From assembly GCA_902526865.1 (NCBI GenBank), contig CABZMK010000003.1, forward strand, positions 14,640-78,639: a stretch of 64,000 nucleotides of DNA, given 5' to 3'. A model generated the notes under the pieces. It was not told the origin of the DNA. It saw only the letters and a program-made list of their open reading frames with translations, and did no database searches. Positions 51,578 to 61,228 of the stretch are shown here, piece by piece. This DNA comes from an uncultured Alphaproteobacteria bacterium. Lineage in GTDB: Bacteria > Pseudomonadota > Alphaproteobacteria > Methylaequorales > Methylaequoraceae. The stretch's first letter is position 1, and every line of letters begins with the position of its first letter. Made by a program: the position numbers and the translations under genes.

Positions 51578-52104
51578 TGTTTAAATTTTTAAGATATTTT
51601 ATACAAACTTGCATGTTTTTTATTTTTACTAATACTATGGCAACAGAGAGTCCAGTACTTCACATGGTTTTAGAGAAAGGGATTGTAAAAATTAAGACTT
51701 ATTCGGAAAAAGCCCCAAATACAGTTAAAAGGATAATAGAATTGTCGGAATCTGGATTTTACGACGGTTTGACTTTCCATAGAGTCATATCTGGTTTTAT
51801 GGCTCAAGGAGGAGATCCAAAAGGTGACGGAACTGGTGGAAGCGGTAAAAATATTAAAGCTGAATTTAATGATATTAAACATGAACGGGGGATTGTATCG
51901 ATGGCAAGGGCAAACGATCCAGATTCAGCTGACAGTCAATTTTTTATTTGTTACGACAGTCATCCATTTTTGGATGGCAAATATACAGTTTGGGGTGAAG
52001 TTATTGAAGGGATGAACTTAATTGATAGAATTCCAGAGGGAAAAGGCCAAAACGGACAAGTTCTCAGAAACCCTACCAAAATTATTACAATGAGATTAAA
52101 ATAA
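51577..52104 (+). CDS. Peptidyl-prolyl cis-trans isomerase, cyclophilin type, with signal peptide
   Basis: 175 aa. FHRVISGFMAQGGDP and SQFFI motifs, and a hydrophobic N-terminus. Confidence 0.9.
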   Translation: MFKFLRYFIQTCMFFIFTNTMATESPVLHMVLEKGIVKIKTYSEKAPNTVKRIIELSESGFYDGLTFHRVISGFMAQGGDPKGDGTGGSGKNIKAEFNDIKHERGIVSMARANDPDSADSQFFICYDSHPFLDGKYTVWGEVIEGMNLIDRIPEGKGQNGQVLRNPTKIITMRLK

Positions 52105-52157
52105 AATAAATTTTTGTTGTGAAAATCATATAATTTTACTATATCCTAACTAACAAC

Positions 52158-52233
52158 GCGCCCGTAGCTCAGTTGGTAGAGCACTCCCCTTTTAAGGGAG
52201 TTGTCATGAGTTCGAGCCTCATCGGGCGTACCA
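52158..52233 (+). tRNA. tRNA-Lys (UUU)
   Basis: I folded it by hand. D-arm GCTC-AGTTGGTAG-AGC, anticodon stem CTCCC/GGGAG with loop CTTTTAA, T-arm ATGAG-TTCGAGC-CTCAT, encoded CCA. 76 nt. Confidence 0.9.
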
Positions 52234-52250
52234 AAAGACTTGAGTGCTAA

Positions 52251-52874
52251 ATGTGGGCTAGATTAAAAAACTATTTTTTTACTGGAATCCTAGTAACCGC
52301 ACCAGTTGTTATTACTTTTTGGATTGTAATCTCACTTATTAACTTATTTGATAGGCTTATCACACCTGTCATACCATATTATTTAAATCCTAATTTTTAT
52401 CTACCACGAGATGTTCCAGGGTTAGGTCTAATAGTACTCATTTTATTTATGGTTGTTATTGGTTCATTGACAGCCAATTTCTTCGGTTCATGGCTTCTTA
52501 AGAAAACTGATTTGATAATACAAAGAATTCCATTGATAAAAGTTTTTTATAAAACAATAAAACAAATTTTGGAAACGATCCTCAAAACAAATTCTGACGC
52601 CTTCAGAGAAGCAGTTTTAGTTGAATATCCAAGAAAAGGAGTGTGGGTTATAGGTTTTACAACAGGAGATGTTGAGGGTGAGGTTAAAAACAGATTAAAA
52701 AAAAAACTTACCAATGTTTTTATCCCAACAACACCCAATCCAACATCTGGTTTTCTTTTAATGGTTCCTAATACCGAATTAAAAAAATTAAATGTTAGTG
52801 TTGATGACGCAATAAAAACAATTGTATCAGCAGGTATAATTAAATTAGAATCTAAACGGAATAAAAATTCTTAA
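52251..52874 (+). CDS. DUF502-family membrane protein
   Basis: 207 aa. Two N-terminal TM helices and the conserved IPTTPNPTSGF motif. Confidence 0.7.
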   Translation: MWARLKNYFFTGILVTAPVVITFWIVISLINLFDRLITPVIPYYLNPNFYLPRDVPGLGLIVLILFMVVIGSLTANFFGSWLLKKTDLIIQRIPLIKVFYKTIKQILETILKTNSDAFREAVLVEYPRKGVWVIGFTTGDVEGEVKNRLKKKLTNVFIPTTPNPTSGFLLMVPNTELKKLNVSVDDAIKTIVSAGIIKLESKRNKNS

Positions 52875-54918
52875 AATTCTTCTCTTGATAAAAAATTTTC
52901 TGTAGAAACTCAATTTTATCTATGTTCTCTCCATAATTTTTTATTAAATATTCTGAATTTTCTTTAACAGAATTAAGAAGTGTGTGATCTTCATGAGGTC
53001 TAAAAAATTTCCATGATGGCAGCCCAGTTTGGTTTGTTCCAAAAAAATCACCAGCTCCCCTCAAATAGAGATCCTTTTCAGCGATTTCAAAGCCATCACT
53101 GCTTTTTTTAAGAATCAAAAGTCTTTGTTTTGATAACTCTGATAAATTTTGATTATAAATTAAAACGCAATTTGATTGAAGATTACCTCTAGTTACTCTT
53201 CCTCTAAGTTGATGAAGTTGTGCAAGTCCAAATCTTTCAACATTTTCGATTATCATTAATGTTGCATTAGGAATATTGATTCCAACCTCAATAACGGTTG
53301 TAGATACAAGAATCATAATTTTTTGATCTTTAAAGTCCTGCATTACTCTCTCAGCATCTTCTTTATTCACTTTACCGTGAATAAAACCAACTTTGTTTTT
53401 AAATCGTTTCCTTAGGTATTCATATCTTGTGATTAACGTTTGCTCTTCAGAATCTAATGTTCCTATCGTGGGTAAAATCCAAAATATTTGTTCATTCTTA
53501 ATAAGTTTTCTCTCAATACCCTCTATTAGTGTTTCAATCTGATTTTTATTTATTAAAGATGTAATTACGTCTTTTCTTCCTTGGGGTTTAGACTTAATAT
53601 TCGAAATGGATATTTCACCATACATTACAAAAGAAAGACTTCTAGGAATTGGTGTTGCGGACATTATTAAAGTATGACATCCAACTGACTTTTCTAAAAG
53701 ATTAATTCTTTGTCTAACTCCAAACTTGTGTTGTTCGTCTATGACGATAAGACCCAATTTATAGAACTCAATAGAGGAATTGTAAACGCTGTGAGTTCCT
53801 ATTAAAATATCGATATTTTTCTTTGCTAAACGAGCGTAAATATCTTTTTTATTTTTGGTTTTACCAGTGAGTATTTCAGTTTTAATATTTAACGGAGAAA
53901 GTAGTTTATTGAAATAATCGAAATGCTGATTGGCTAATATTTCTGTTGGAGCCATTAAGACTACTTGAAATCCGCTTTTAATTACATCGGCAACAATTAA
54001 AAGTGCAACTATTGTCTTCCCAGAACCAACATCACCCTGTATTAGTCTATACATTTGTTTTTTTAATGATAAGTCATATTTTATGTCCTGCAAAGTTGTT
54101 AATTGATCTTTTGTAAGTTTGAATGAAAGTTTTCTTTGAATTTCATTTGACAATTCATAATTTAAAATTGGTGGAATATTATTTTTTAAATTAATTTTTT
54201 TTTTTAGTTCATAAAAAATTATATAACTTGCGAGAAGCTCATCATATGCTAGTCTTTGACGATTTTTTTCGAGTAATTTTATTTCACAAAGAGCATTGGG
54301 GTTGTGAAGGTGTAAAAGAGAATCTTTAAAAGAGTTCCAACTTTTTTTTCTAAACTTTTTTAGGATCCATTCTTCTGGAAAATTATAAGATTCAATGATA
54401 TCTATATAATTTTTAACAAACTTTCTGAAAATTTTTTTGTTAATCTTTTTTCTTGATAAATCATATTGCGGTTCAAATTTGTCGAAATAAAAGAAATCTT
54501 TCTCATTTAAAACTCCTGTTGGGTGGATAATTTGAAGTTTATTCTTTACATAAACCAATTTACCCGAGATTCTGTATATATTTTCTAATTTAATATAATT
54601 TTTGACTTGAAATTCATTCATATTAAAAAAAAGGAGTTCAATTGTTTGTTTTTTTTTATTTTCGCATAGAATCTTAAATGGAGCGTTTTTACTGTATTTT
54701 TTTTCATATTTATTTACTAACAAGTCACATGAGATAATTTTTTCGAAATGAATCGGTTTGATTTCCTCAACTAAAATATTCTCATTAATACTGAGTGGCA
54801 TATGAGTAAAAAGATCAATAATTCTTTTTCCGAAATTGCTGATAATGTTTTTTATTGTTAAATTTGTTCTTAAAAAATCGAAATTATTAAAAATATTTTT
54901 ATTTTTCAAATTGTTCAT
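52852..54918 (-). CDS. recG: ATP-dependent DNA helicase RecG
   Basis: 688 aa. Wedge/OB N-terminus, and helicase motifs GDVGSGKT, VIDEQHKFG and QLRGRVTRG. Confidence 0.93.
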   Translation of the reverse strand: MNNLKNKNIFNNFDFLRTNLTIKNIISNFGKRIIDLFTHMPLSINENILVEEIKPIHFEKIISCDLLVNKYEKKYSKNAPFKILCENKKKQTIELLFFNMNEFQVKNYIKLENIYRISGKLVYVKNKLQIIHPTGVLNEKDFFYFDKFEPQYDLSRKKINKKIFRKFVKNYIDIIESYNFPEEWILKKFRKKSWNSFKDSLLHLHNPNALCEIKLLEKNRQRLAYDELLASYIIFYELKKKINLKNNIPPILNYELSNEIQRKLSFKLTKDQLTTLQDIKYDLSLKKQMYRLIQGDVGSGKTIVALLIVADVIKSGFQVVLMAPTEILANQHFDYFNKLLSPLNIKTEILTGKTKNKKDIYARLAKKNIDILIGTHSVYNSSIEFYKLGLIVIDEQHKFGVRQRINLLEKSVGCHTLIMSATPIPRSLSFVMYGEISISNIKSKPQGRKDVITSLINKNQIETLIEGIERKLIKNEQIFWILPTIGTLDSEEQTLITRYEYLRKRFKNKVGFIHGKVNKEDAERVMQDFKDQKIMILVSTTVIEVGINIPNATLMIIENVERFGLAQLHQLRGRVTRGNLQSNCVLIYNQNLSELSKQRLLILKKSSDGFEIAEKDLYLRGAGDFFGTNQTGLPSWKFFRPHEDHTLLNSVKENSEYLIKNYGENIDKIEFLQKIFYQEKNFKNFYSV

Positions 54919-54923
54919 TTAAA

Positions 54924-55208
54924 ATGCTCCAAAAAGTTTTTATTATGAATACATCTACTAAAAAAAAAATTCTTCATAGAGCTAAGTACAGAGGAATTAA
55001 AGAATTAGATATTATTTTTGAAAAATTCGTCAACACATATAAATATAAATTAAATGACCAAGAATTCAAAGAACTTGAAGAAATTTTAAATCTACCAGAT
55101 AATCTTCTTTTGGATATTATTTTAAAAAAAGAAAAGATACCTGCTAATTATGACAATCCTGTAATGAAAAAAATTTTTAAAACTTGTAACGATAAATCAA
55201 GTGAATAA
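54924..55208 (+). CDS. sdhE: Succinate dehydrogenase flavinylation factor SdhE (DUF339)
   Basis: Conserved RGxxE motif (YRGIKELD). Its size and position between recG and mfd match alphaproteobacterial synteny. The start may be the internal Met at 54945. Confidence 0.7.
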   Translation: MLQKVFIMNTSTKKKILHRAKYRGIKELDIIFEKFVNTYKYKLNDQEFKELEEILNLPDNLLLDIILKKEKIPANYDNPVMKKIFKTCNDKSSE

Positions 55209-58200
55209 AATATCAAATAAATTTGCACTAGATAAATCTTCATTAGAGTTCTTTTTAGCTGCTCAGTCTAATAAATACAACAAAATTGCTTATTTTTCGA
55301 GTATTGAATATGACTTTGATGACATCAAAAATAAATTACTAAAAATCAACTCTAAATTGAATGTAATAGAATTTCCAAGTTTTGATTGTTTATTTTTTTC
55401 AAATCTTTCACCAACAAATAAAAATAAGTCTGATCGAATAAATTGTCTCCATAATTTAGTTTTCTCAAATTTATCAGATAATATAATTATAAGCTCTCTC
55501 AAAGCCATAGCAACTAATACAATTAACATTGAAACTGTAAAGAAATCTCAATTAGTAATAAGGAATAGAAGCTCTTTAACCTACGACAAAATTCTTAATT
55601 TTTTAGTTGAATGTGGATATGAAAAGGTGGATTTTGTTCATAATAAAGGAGAATTTGCAATTAGAGGAGAAATTATGGATATTTTCTCTCCAATTCATAA
55701 ACAACCCCTGAGAATTTTATTTGACTTTGAAAAAATAGACAAACTTAATTTGTTTTCTACTCAAGACCAACTTTCAATAAGTACTGTTAACGATTATTAT
55801 TTATCCTTATCCTCTGAGTTTCAGTTCAATTCAGAGAATATAGAATGTTTTAGAAGCTTATTTAGACAACTTAAACTAAAGGATAAAGACGATTATTATA
55901 AATCACTTTCTCAAAAAATAGTCTTACCAGGTTCAGAACAGTTTTTTCCAATCTTAAACAATAATTTTAATTCTTTTTTAGAATATTTAGATGGTTATAA
56001 AATCTTTTTGGACGCAAATTTTGAAAAGGATTTCAAACAAGTAACATCGGATTCATTTGACAATACTGATGAATATAAAGATTTAAAAAAAATCAATTGT
56101 AATTATTTTTATAATTCAAAAGAATTAAATTCTAAAATTGAAAATAGATTACATACTCTTTCATTCAATCCGTTAAATTCAAAAGAAGAAGGAATAAATT
56201 ATTTTTCATCAAGATATAATTTTAATAAAAATAAAATAATTAATCAAAAACAATTAATAACATTAATAAAAAAAAGAGAAATTATAATTTTCTGCTATTC
56301 CTCAAATGCAAATAAAAAAAAAATTCTAAGTTTTTTAAATTCACAAAACATTAACTATATAGACAATTTTAAACAAGATTTTTTCAATTTAACTAGAATA
56401 AACTTTAACTTCTTAGTCTATAAATTCACAATAAATAATAGTTTTGTTTTAAATTTTAATAATACTCACTCACTATATTTTATTACCGATGAAGAAATTT
56501 ATGGAAAAACTTCGAAAAAATATATTTCTAAATCAATAAAAGAAGAAAATTTGATAGATGATTATTCAAATCTTAAAATCGGAGATTATATAGTCCATAA
56601 TGACCACGGTATTGGAAAATATAATGGACTTATAACAAGAACGTTTAATAACATTGTTCAAGAGTTTTTGGAGTTGCTATATCATGGGAATGACAAATTG
56701 TTAATTCCAGTAGAAAACCTAGATCAGATTTCAAAATATGGTCAAAGTGAAATTAAGGTGAGCTTAGATAAGTTAGGTATACAGAGTTGGCAGCAAAGAA
56801 GGGCTAGTGTAAAGAATCGAATAAAAGACATTGCAGAGAATTTATTAAAAACTGCAGCTAAGAGAAAATTAGAAAAAGGTGATGTTCTCATTCCTAAATC
56901 TTTTGAGTATGAGAAATTCTCATCAGAATTTGAATTTACGGAAACATCAGATCAGTTAAAATCAATACAACAAATTGAAAATGATTTGGCCTCAGGTACG
57001 CCAATGGATCGTTTAATCTGCGGAGATGTAGGTTTTGGCAAAACAGAAATAGCAATGAGAGCTTCATTTATTTCTGTTTCAGCTGGATTCCAAGTTGCAT
57101 TGATATGCCCTAAATTACTTTTAGTGAATCAACATATAAAAAATTTTAAAAAAAGATTTAATAATTTTGATTATGTAATACAAAAAATTTCAAGAATAGA
57201 ATCAGATACTGAAAAAAAAAATCTTAAAGAAGAAATTGAAAATGGAAATATTGATATACTAATTGGAACTCATGCAATATTATCAAGTGAACTTGTGTTT
57301 AAAAAGTTAGGTTTAATAATCATTGATGAGGAGCAGAGTTTTGGTGTTGAACAAAAAGAAATACTAAAAAAATTTAAGCCAAATTGTCATATCCTTACTT
57401 TAACTGCAACACCAATTCCAAGAACATTACAATCGTCCATATTTCAATTAAAAAATATTTCATTAATTAAAACTCCACCTCTTAGTAGATTGAATATAAA
57501 AACCTATCTTATGTTGAAGGAAAAAAAACAATTAAAAAAAATTATTCAAAAAGAAATTAATCGTGATGGACAGATTTTTTATGTTGCGCCAAGAATTTCT
57601 GATTTAAATAATATCCAAAAAAATCTAAATAATCTCATTCCTAATGAAAAAATAGAAGTAATTCATGGTAGATTGTCCAATAAAAATATTGAAGAATCTT
57701 ATGATAGATTCTTCTTAAAAAAGTCAAAAATATTGGTTTCAACAGCTATGATCGAATCTGGATTAGATATTTCTAATGTAAATACAATAATAATTGAAAA
57801 GCCACAATTATTTGGTCTTTCTCAGTTATATCAGTTAAGAGGACGAGTAGGCAGATCAAGTAGACAAGCATACGCATATCTGCTTCTTGATGATTTTAAA
57901 AATATAAGCGAAAATTCGATTCAAAAACTTAAAATAATCTCTAAAATTCAAAATCTTGGTGCAGGCTTGTCTATTGCTTCTAGTGACCTTGATCTTAGAG
58001 GAGGAGGGAATATTGTTGGATCAGAACAGTCGGGACATATTAAAGAAGTAGGTATTGAACTATATTATAAAATGCTAAAAGAAACTATTGACGAACTTAA
58101 AAATATTAAGAAAACTGATAGAGATTGGTCCCCTGTCATTAAACTTGGATTCGCAATTAGTATTCCAAAAAATTACATTAAAGATTTGGATATGAGATTA

Positions 58201-58569
58201 AGGTTTTATAGAAAGATATCGAATATAGTTAATATTGACGAATTAAAAGATATGTTATCCAACTTGAATGATAGGTTCGGAAACATTCCAAACTCTCTCA
58301 AAAATTTATTTCATATAATTGAGATTAAAATAAAAGCCAAAAAAATGAATATAAAAAAAATTGAGAATACCAATAAAGGTTTTGTACTGGAATTCAAAGA
58401 TGATAATATGATGAATGTTGAAAAACTTATAAAATTAGTTGAAAAAAATGCTGAAATTTTAAAATTGATGCCAAGTTCAAAGTTATTTTTTAAGAATGTT
58501 AAAACTAAAGATGAAGAGAAAGTCATGAGTTTAAAAAATTTTTTACAAATACTCTCTAAACAAATATGA
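55201..58569 (+). CDS. mfd: Transcription-repair coupling factor
   Basis: 1122 aa, GTG start. CarD-like domain (DYIVHNDHGIGKY), and helicase motifs GDVGFGKTE, IIDEEQSFG and QLRGRVGRS. Confidence 0.95.
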   Translation: MNKISNKFALDKSSLEFFLAAQSNKYNKIAYFSSIEYDFDDIKNKLLKINSKLNVIEFPSFDCLFFSNLSPTNKNKSDRINCLHNLVFSNLSDNIIISSLKAIATNTINIETVKKSQLVIRNRSSLTYDKILNFLVECGYEKVDFVHNKGEFAIRGEIMDIFSPIHKQPLRILFDFEKIDKLNLFSTQDQLSISTVNDYYLSLSSEFQFNSENIECFRSLFRQLKLKDKDDYYKSLSQKIVLPGSEQFFPILNNNFNSFLEYLDGYKIFLDANFEKDFKQVTSDSFDNTDEYKDLKKINCNYFYNSKELNSKIENRLHTLSFNPLNSKEEGINYFSSRYNFNKNKIINQKQLITLIKKREIIIFCYSSNANKKKILSFLNSQNINYIDNFKQDFFNLTRINFNFLVYKFTINNSFVLNFNNTHSLYFITDEEIYGKTSKKYISKSIKEENLIDDYSNLKIGDYIVHNDHGIGKYNGLITRTFNNIVQEFLELLYHGNDKLLIPVENLDQISKYGQSEIKVSLDKLGIQSWQQRRASVKNRIKDIAENLLKTAAKRKLEKGDVLIPKSFEYEKFSSEFEFTETSDQLKSIQQIENDLASGTPMDRLICGDVGFGKTEIAMRASFISVSAGFQVALICPKLLLVNQHIKNFKKRFNNFDYVIQKISRIESDTEKKNLKEEIENGNIDILIGTHAILSSELVFKKLGLIIIDEEQSFGVEQKEILKKFKPNCHILTLTATPIPRTLQSSIFQLKNISLIKTPPLSRLNIKTYLMLKEKKQLKKIIQKEINRDGQIFYVAPRISDLNNIQKNLNNLIPNEKIEVIHGRLSNKNIEESYDRFFLKKSKILVSTAMIESGLDISNVNTIIIEKPQLFGLSQLYQLRGRVGRSSRQAYAYLLLDDFKNISENSIQKLKIISKIQNLGAGLSIASSDLDLRGGGNIVGSEQSGHIKEVGIELYYKMLKETIDELKNIKKTDRDWSPVIKLGFAISIPKNYIKDLDMRLRFYRKISNIVNIDELKDMLSNLNDRFGNIPNSLKNLFHIIEIKIKAKKMNIKKIENTNKGFVLEFKDDNMMNVEKLIKLVEKNAEILKLMPSSKLFFKNVKTKDEEKVMSLKNFLQILSKQI

Positions 58570-59747
58570 ATACTTCAAAGAAACAGATTAATTACAATTT
58601 GAACGATTTTCTTCCTTTTATAGACGGTTTGGATATTGCAATAAACTTTTCTCTAATTATTTTTTTATCTTCTTTTCTTTTAGAGTCAGTAGATACAAGA
58701 ATAAGTGTTGTTATCTTATGTTTTGTTACTTCATTATCTTTTATTTTTAGAATATTTGACTTAAAAATTTCTAAGTTATTAGAAAAACTAAAAATCAATA
58801 AAATAAATTTATTCTTAATTTTATGCTTTCTCTACTTTATACCTGTTATAATTCAAAAGGAATTTCCAATTTTTTTATCAATTGGAATTTTAGTAATTTT
58901 TCGGGTTTTCCTTGGTATTATAATTTCATTAAGTTATAGAAATGTTTTAATAAACGAACAAAAATTTGTTACAAATATTTTACAATTAAAATATTGGATA
59001 TTGATTTTTCTAGGCATTGCATGCGGTTCACTGTTTTATAATCTAATAAATGAAATTTATTCAAATGATTTTATAAATAATGGTGGTTGGAAAATACTTT
59101 ATCTAATAGTTATAACCTTACTTTTAGTTATATTTGTATTTTCCAAATTTCACTTAAAAAAAAATGTAAATATAATGCTAGATTCCAATAATATAAAAAA
59201 TGATTTGTTTGTTACTAACTATATAAATAGTTTTATTTTATTTATACCTATTTTATGTTTTTTACTTTTTTCTTTTTCTAATTGGCTACCTAAATTCAGT
59301 AATCCTGATAACTTATATTTTTTGAGTTATGGATTTTTATATTTATTTTTAACTAACCTAATTTTGTTTTTTATAACACCGCTCGCTAATATTATAGGTA
59401 GAAGAAAATCTGTAATATTTTTCAATATATCAGTTCTAATAATTTCCTCAATTTGCTCATTCATAAATCATTCATCAAGTTATAGCATCGATTTTCTAAA
59501 ATTTTTTTTATCTTTGGTGTCAAGTTTCACAATTTGTTGCTTTATCCTTCAACAGCAAATAAATAGAACAACAGAAAATTCATGCATTTCAAGCTTAAAC
59601 CTTTCTTTTCTTACTGCAGCTATATTTGCTTCACCATTTGTTTTTTTTTCAGTCAATTTTTCAATAAATTATTCTGTTATTTACATATTTTTATCAATAG
59701 TTTATTTTATAAATCATATAAGACTTGTTTTTAAAAAAGATGGATAA
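58566..59747 (+). CDS. Polytopic integral membrane protein (possibly MFS-like transporter)
   Basis: 393 aa with about 10-12 hydrophobic segments. No diagnostic motif recognised. Its start overlaps the mfd stop (ATGA). Confidence 0.5.
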   Translation: MNTSKKQINYNLNDFLPFIDGLDIAINFSLIIFLSSFLLESVDTRISVVILCFVTSLSFIFRIFDLKISKLLEKLKINKINLFLILCFLYFIPVIIQKEFPIFLSIGILVIFRVFLGIIISLSYRNVLINEQKFVTNILQLKYWILIFLGIACGSLFYNLINEIYSNDFINNGGWKILYLIVITLLLVIFVFSKFHLKKNVNIMLDSNNIKNDLFVTNYINSFILFIPILCFLLFSFSNWLPKFSNPDNLYFLSYGFLYLFLTNLILFFITPLANIIGRRKSVIFFNISVLIISSICSFINHSSSYSIDFLKFFLSLVSSFTICCFILQQQINRTTENSCISSLNLSFLTAAIFASPFVFFSVNFSINYSVIYIFLSIVYFINHIRLVFKKDG

Positions 59748-60060
59748 AATTTCAGCTTCACACATTTTGATCATGCATAAAGATTCCAAAGATTCTAGAT
59801 CAAGTTTATCTAAAGATGAAGCTATGAAACTTATCAATGAAATACACAGTGACCTGACTAATAATAAATCCTCTTTCAAAGATCTTGCTAGTAAGCACTC
59901 TGAATGCTCATCATCTGCATATGGAGGAAGTTTAGGAGAGTTTGGTAAAGGAATGATGGTTAAGCCTTTTGAAGAAAGTGCCTTTTCTCTAAAAGTTGGT
60001 GAAATTTGTGAACCAATTGAAACTGAGTTTGGTTTTCATATAATTAAAAGAGATAAATAA
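59740..60060 (+). CDS. Parvulin-type peptidyl-prolyl isomerase (PpiC-like)
   Basis: ASHILI...GGSLGEFGKGMMVKPFEE...FGFHIIK rotamase pattern. The start is placed at the second Met. Confidence 0.8.
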   Translation: MDKISASHILIMHKDSKDSRSSLSKDEAMKLINEIHSDLTNNKSSFKDLASKHSECSSSAYGGSLGEFGKGMMVKPFEESAFSLKVGEICEPIETEFGFHIIKRDK

Positions 60061-60083
60061 ATTTTGTGCGGCTATCAGAGAAT

Positions 60084-60311
60084 CTATTCTTTTAAATCTT
60101 CTGACCAAGCAGCCGCCAATAGCTGTCTGATTCTTACAATATTTTCATTATCTTGAGTTTTTATATTTATATCCTTTTTTTTTTTTTTTATCCCGGCGTT
60201 TAACCACAACATTTCTATTGATTCAATTAAATTTTTTTTTTCAATTGAGGATAAATTATTGAAATTTTTAATAGACTCTTTTAAATTAGTTACTTCGTCG
60301 TCATGCACCAT
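60084..60311 (-). CDS. Hypothetical small protein (75 aa)
   Basis: ORF only. Contains an in-frame homopolymer (T15 on the plus strand, encoding KKKKK). Confidence 0.3.
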   Translation of the reverse strand: MVHDDEVTNLKESIKNFNNLSSIEKKNLIESIEMLWLNAGIKKKKKDINIKTQDNENIVRIRQLLAAAWSEDLKE

Positions 60312-60447
60312 ATTCAGTTGCCATTTCGAATAAAAATCTTGTTTCTTTTTGATAAACTTCTTTATTAATAAATCCTTTTACATAAAGTTCTCTAACATTT
60401 TCCATTTCATTTTTTATTGCTATCAATTTTTCTTCTGTATTTTTCAT
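60301..60447 (-). CDS. Hypothetical small protein (48 aa), not in the ORF track
   Basis: My translation is MKNTEEKLIAIKNEMENVRELYVKGFINKEVYQKETRFLFEMATEYGA. Its stop overlaps the start of the 75-aa ORF (ATGGTGCATGA), which suggests translational coupling. Confidence 0.25.
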   Translation of the reverse strand: MKNTEEKLIAIKNEMENVRELYVKGFINKEVYQKETRFLFEMATEYGA

Positions 60448-60490
60448 AATTTGATAATAATATAGTATTATATTTAGTAAACATTATAAA

Positions 60491-60745
60491 ATGAAAAATA
60501 GACTTTCAAAATCTATTCAAAGATTAAAAAAAGAGAAAAAAATTTCTGATAAAGAAAAATACGATTCAAGAGTTTTGAGTGCGTATGATGTAAAAATATT
60601 TAGAAATTTGTCTGAGAAATACGACTTATCATTAACATTAAATAATGAAAAGCTTAATAAAGAAAATGATAAGGAACAAAATTTAAGTTTGGGGGCACAG
60701 ATGACTCTAGAAAGAATAAAAAAAGGTGAGAATTTTAAGTTATAA
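60491..60745 (+). CDS. Hypothetical small charged protein (84 aa)
   Basis: ORF only. Overlaps the downstream DUF192 gene by 20 nt. Confidence 0.3.
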   Translation: MKNRLSKSIQRLKKEKKISDKEKYDSRVLSAYDVKIFRNLSEKYDLSLTLNNEKLNKENDKEQNLSLGAQMTLERIKKGENFKL

Positions 60746-61208
60746 AATTCTCATTTTTTTTATTTTTGGATTTACAGAGCTTGGATCAAAAGATTTCGCA
60801 CTCATTCATTCAAAAGATTTTTCTGATTTGTTAGTAAAAATAGCCTTTGATGATAATACAAAGCAAAAAGGTCTTATGAATATAAAACAGTTAAAAACTC
60901 ATAATGGGATGCTTTTTATTTACGATGCACCGCAAATAGTTAATTTCTGGATGTACAATACTTTCATTCCATTAGATATAATATTTATTGACGATAGAAA
61001 CATTATCAGTTCTATAAAAGAGGGTGTTCCAATGGAAAAAAATTTAATTTCATCTGAAATTAAAATTTCTGCTGTATTAGAAATACCAAGAGGTTGTGCA
61101 AAAAAATTAAAAGTTAAGAAAGGTCAAATTGTTTCTTGGATAATAAAAAAAACAGCTGAAATTAAAAATATTAGATATTTTCATTGTTTAAATTTAAAAG
61201 AAAAATAG
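60726..61208 (+). CDS. DUF192-family secreted protein
   Basis: 160 aa, GTG start. Signal-like N-terminus and GMLFIYD...FWMYNTFIPLDIIFID, characteristic of DUF192. Confidence 0.7.
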   Translation: MRILSYKILIFFIFGFTELGSKDFALIHSKDFSDLLVKIAFDDNTKQKGLMNIKQLKTHNGMLFIYDAPQIVNFWMYNTFIPLDIIFIDDRNIISSIKEGVPMEKNLISSEIKISAVLEIPRGCAKKLKVKKGQIVSWIIKKTAEIKNIRYFHCLNLKEK

Positions 61209-61228
61209 AATAAAATGGGGAAATTGTT

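Noticed and set aside
60066-60113. Possible bidirectional terminator hairpin between the parvulin gene and the convergent 75-aa ORF (GCGGCT ... AGCCGC with an inner TCAGA/TCTGA)
   Set aside because: The stem is only 6 bp, with a large interrupted loop and no flanking U tract. The 3' arm lies inside the minus-strand ORF. This is not convincing as an intrinsic terminator.
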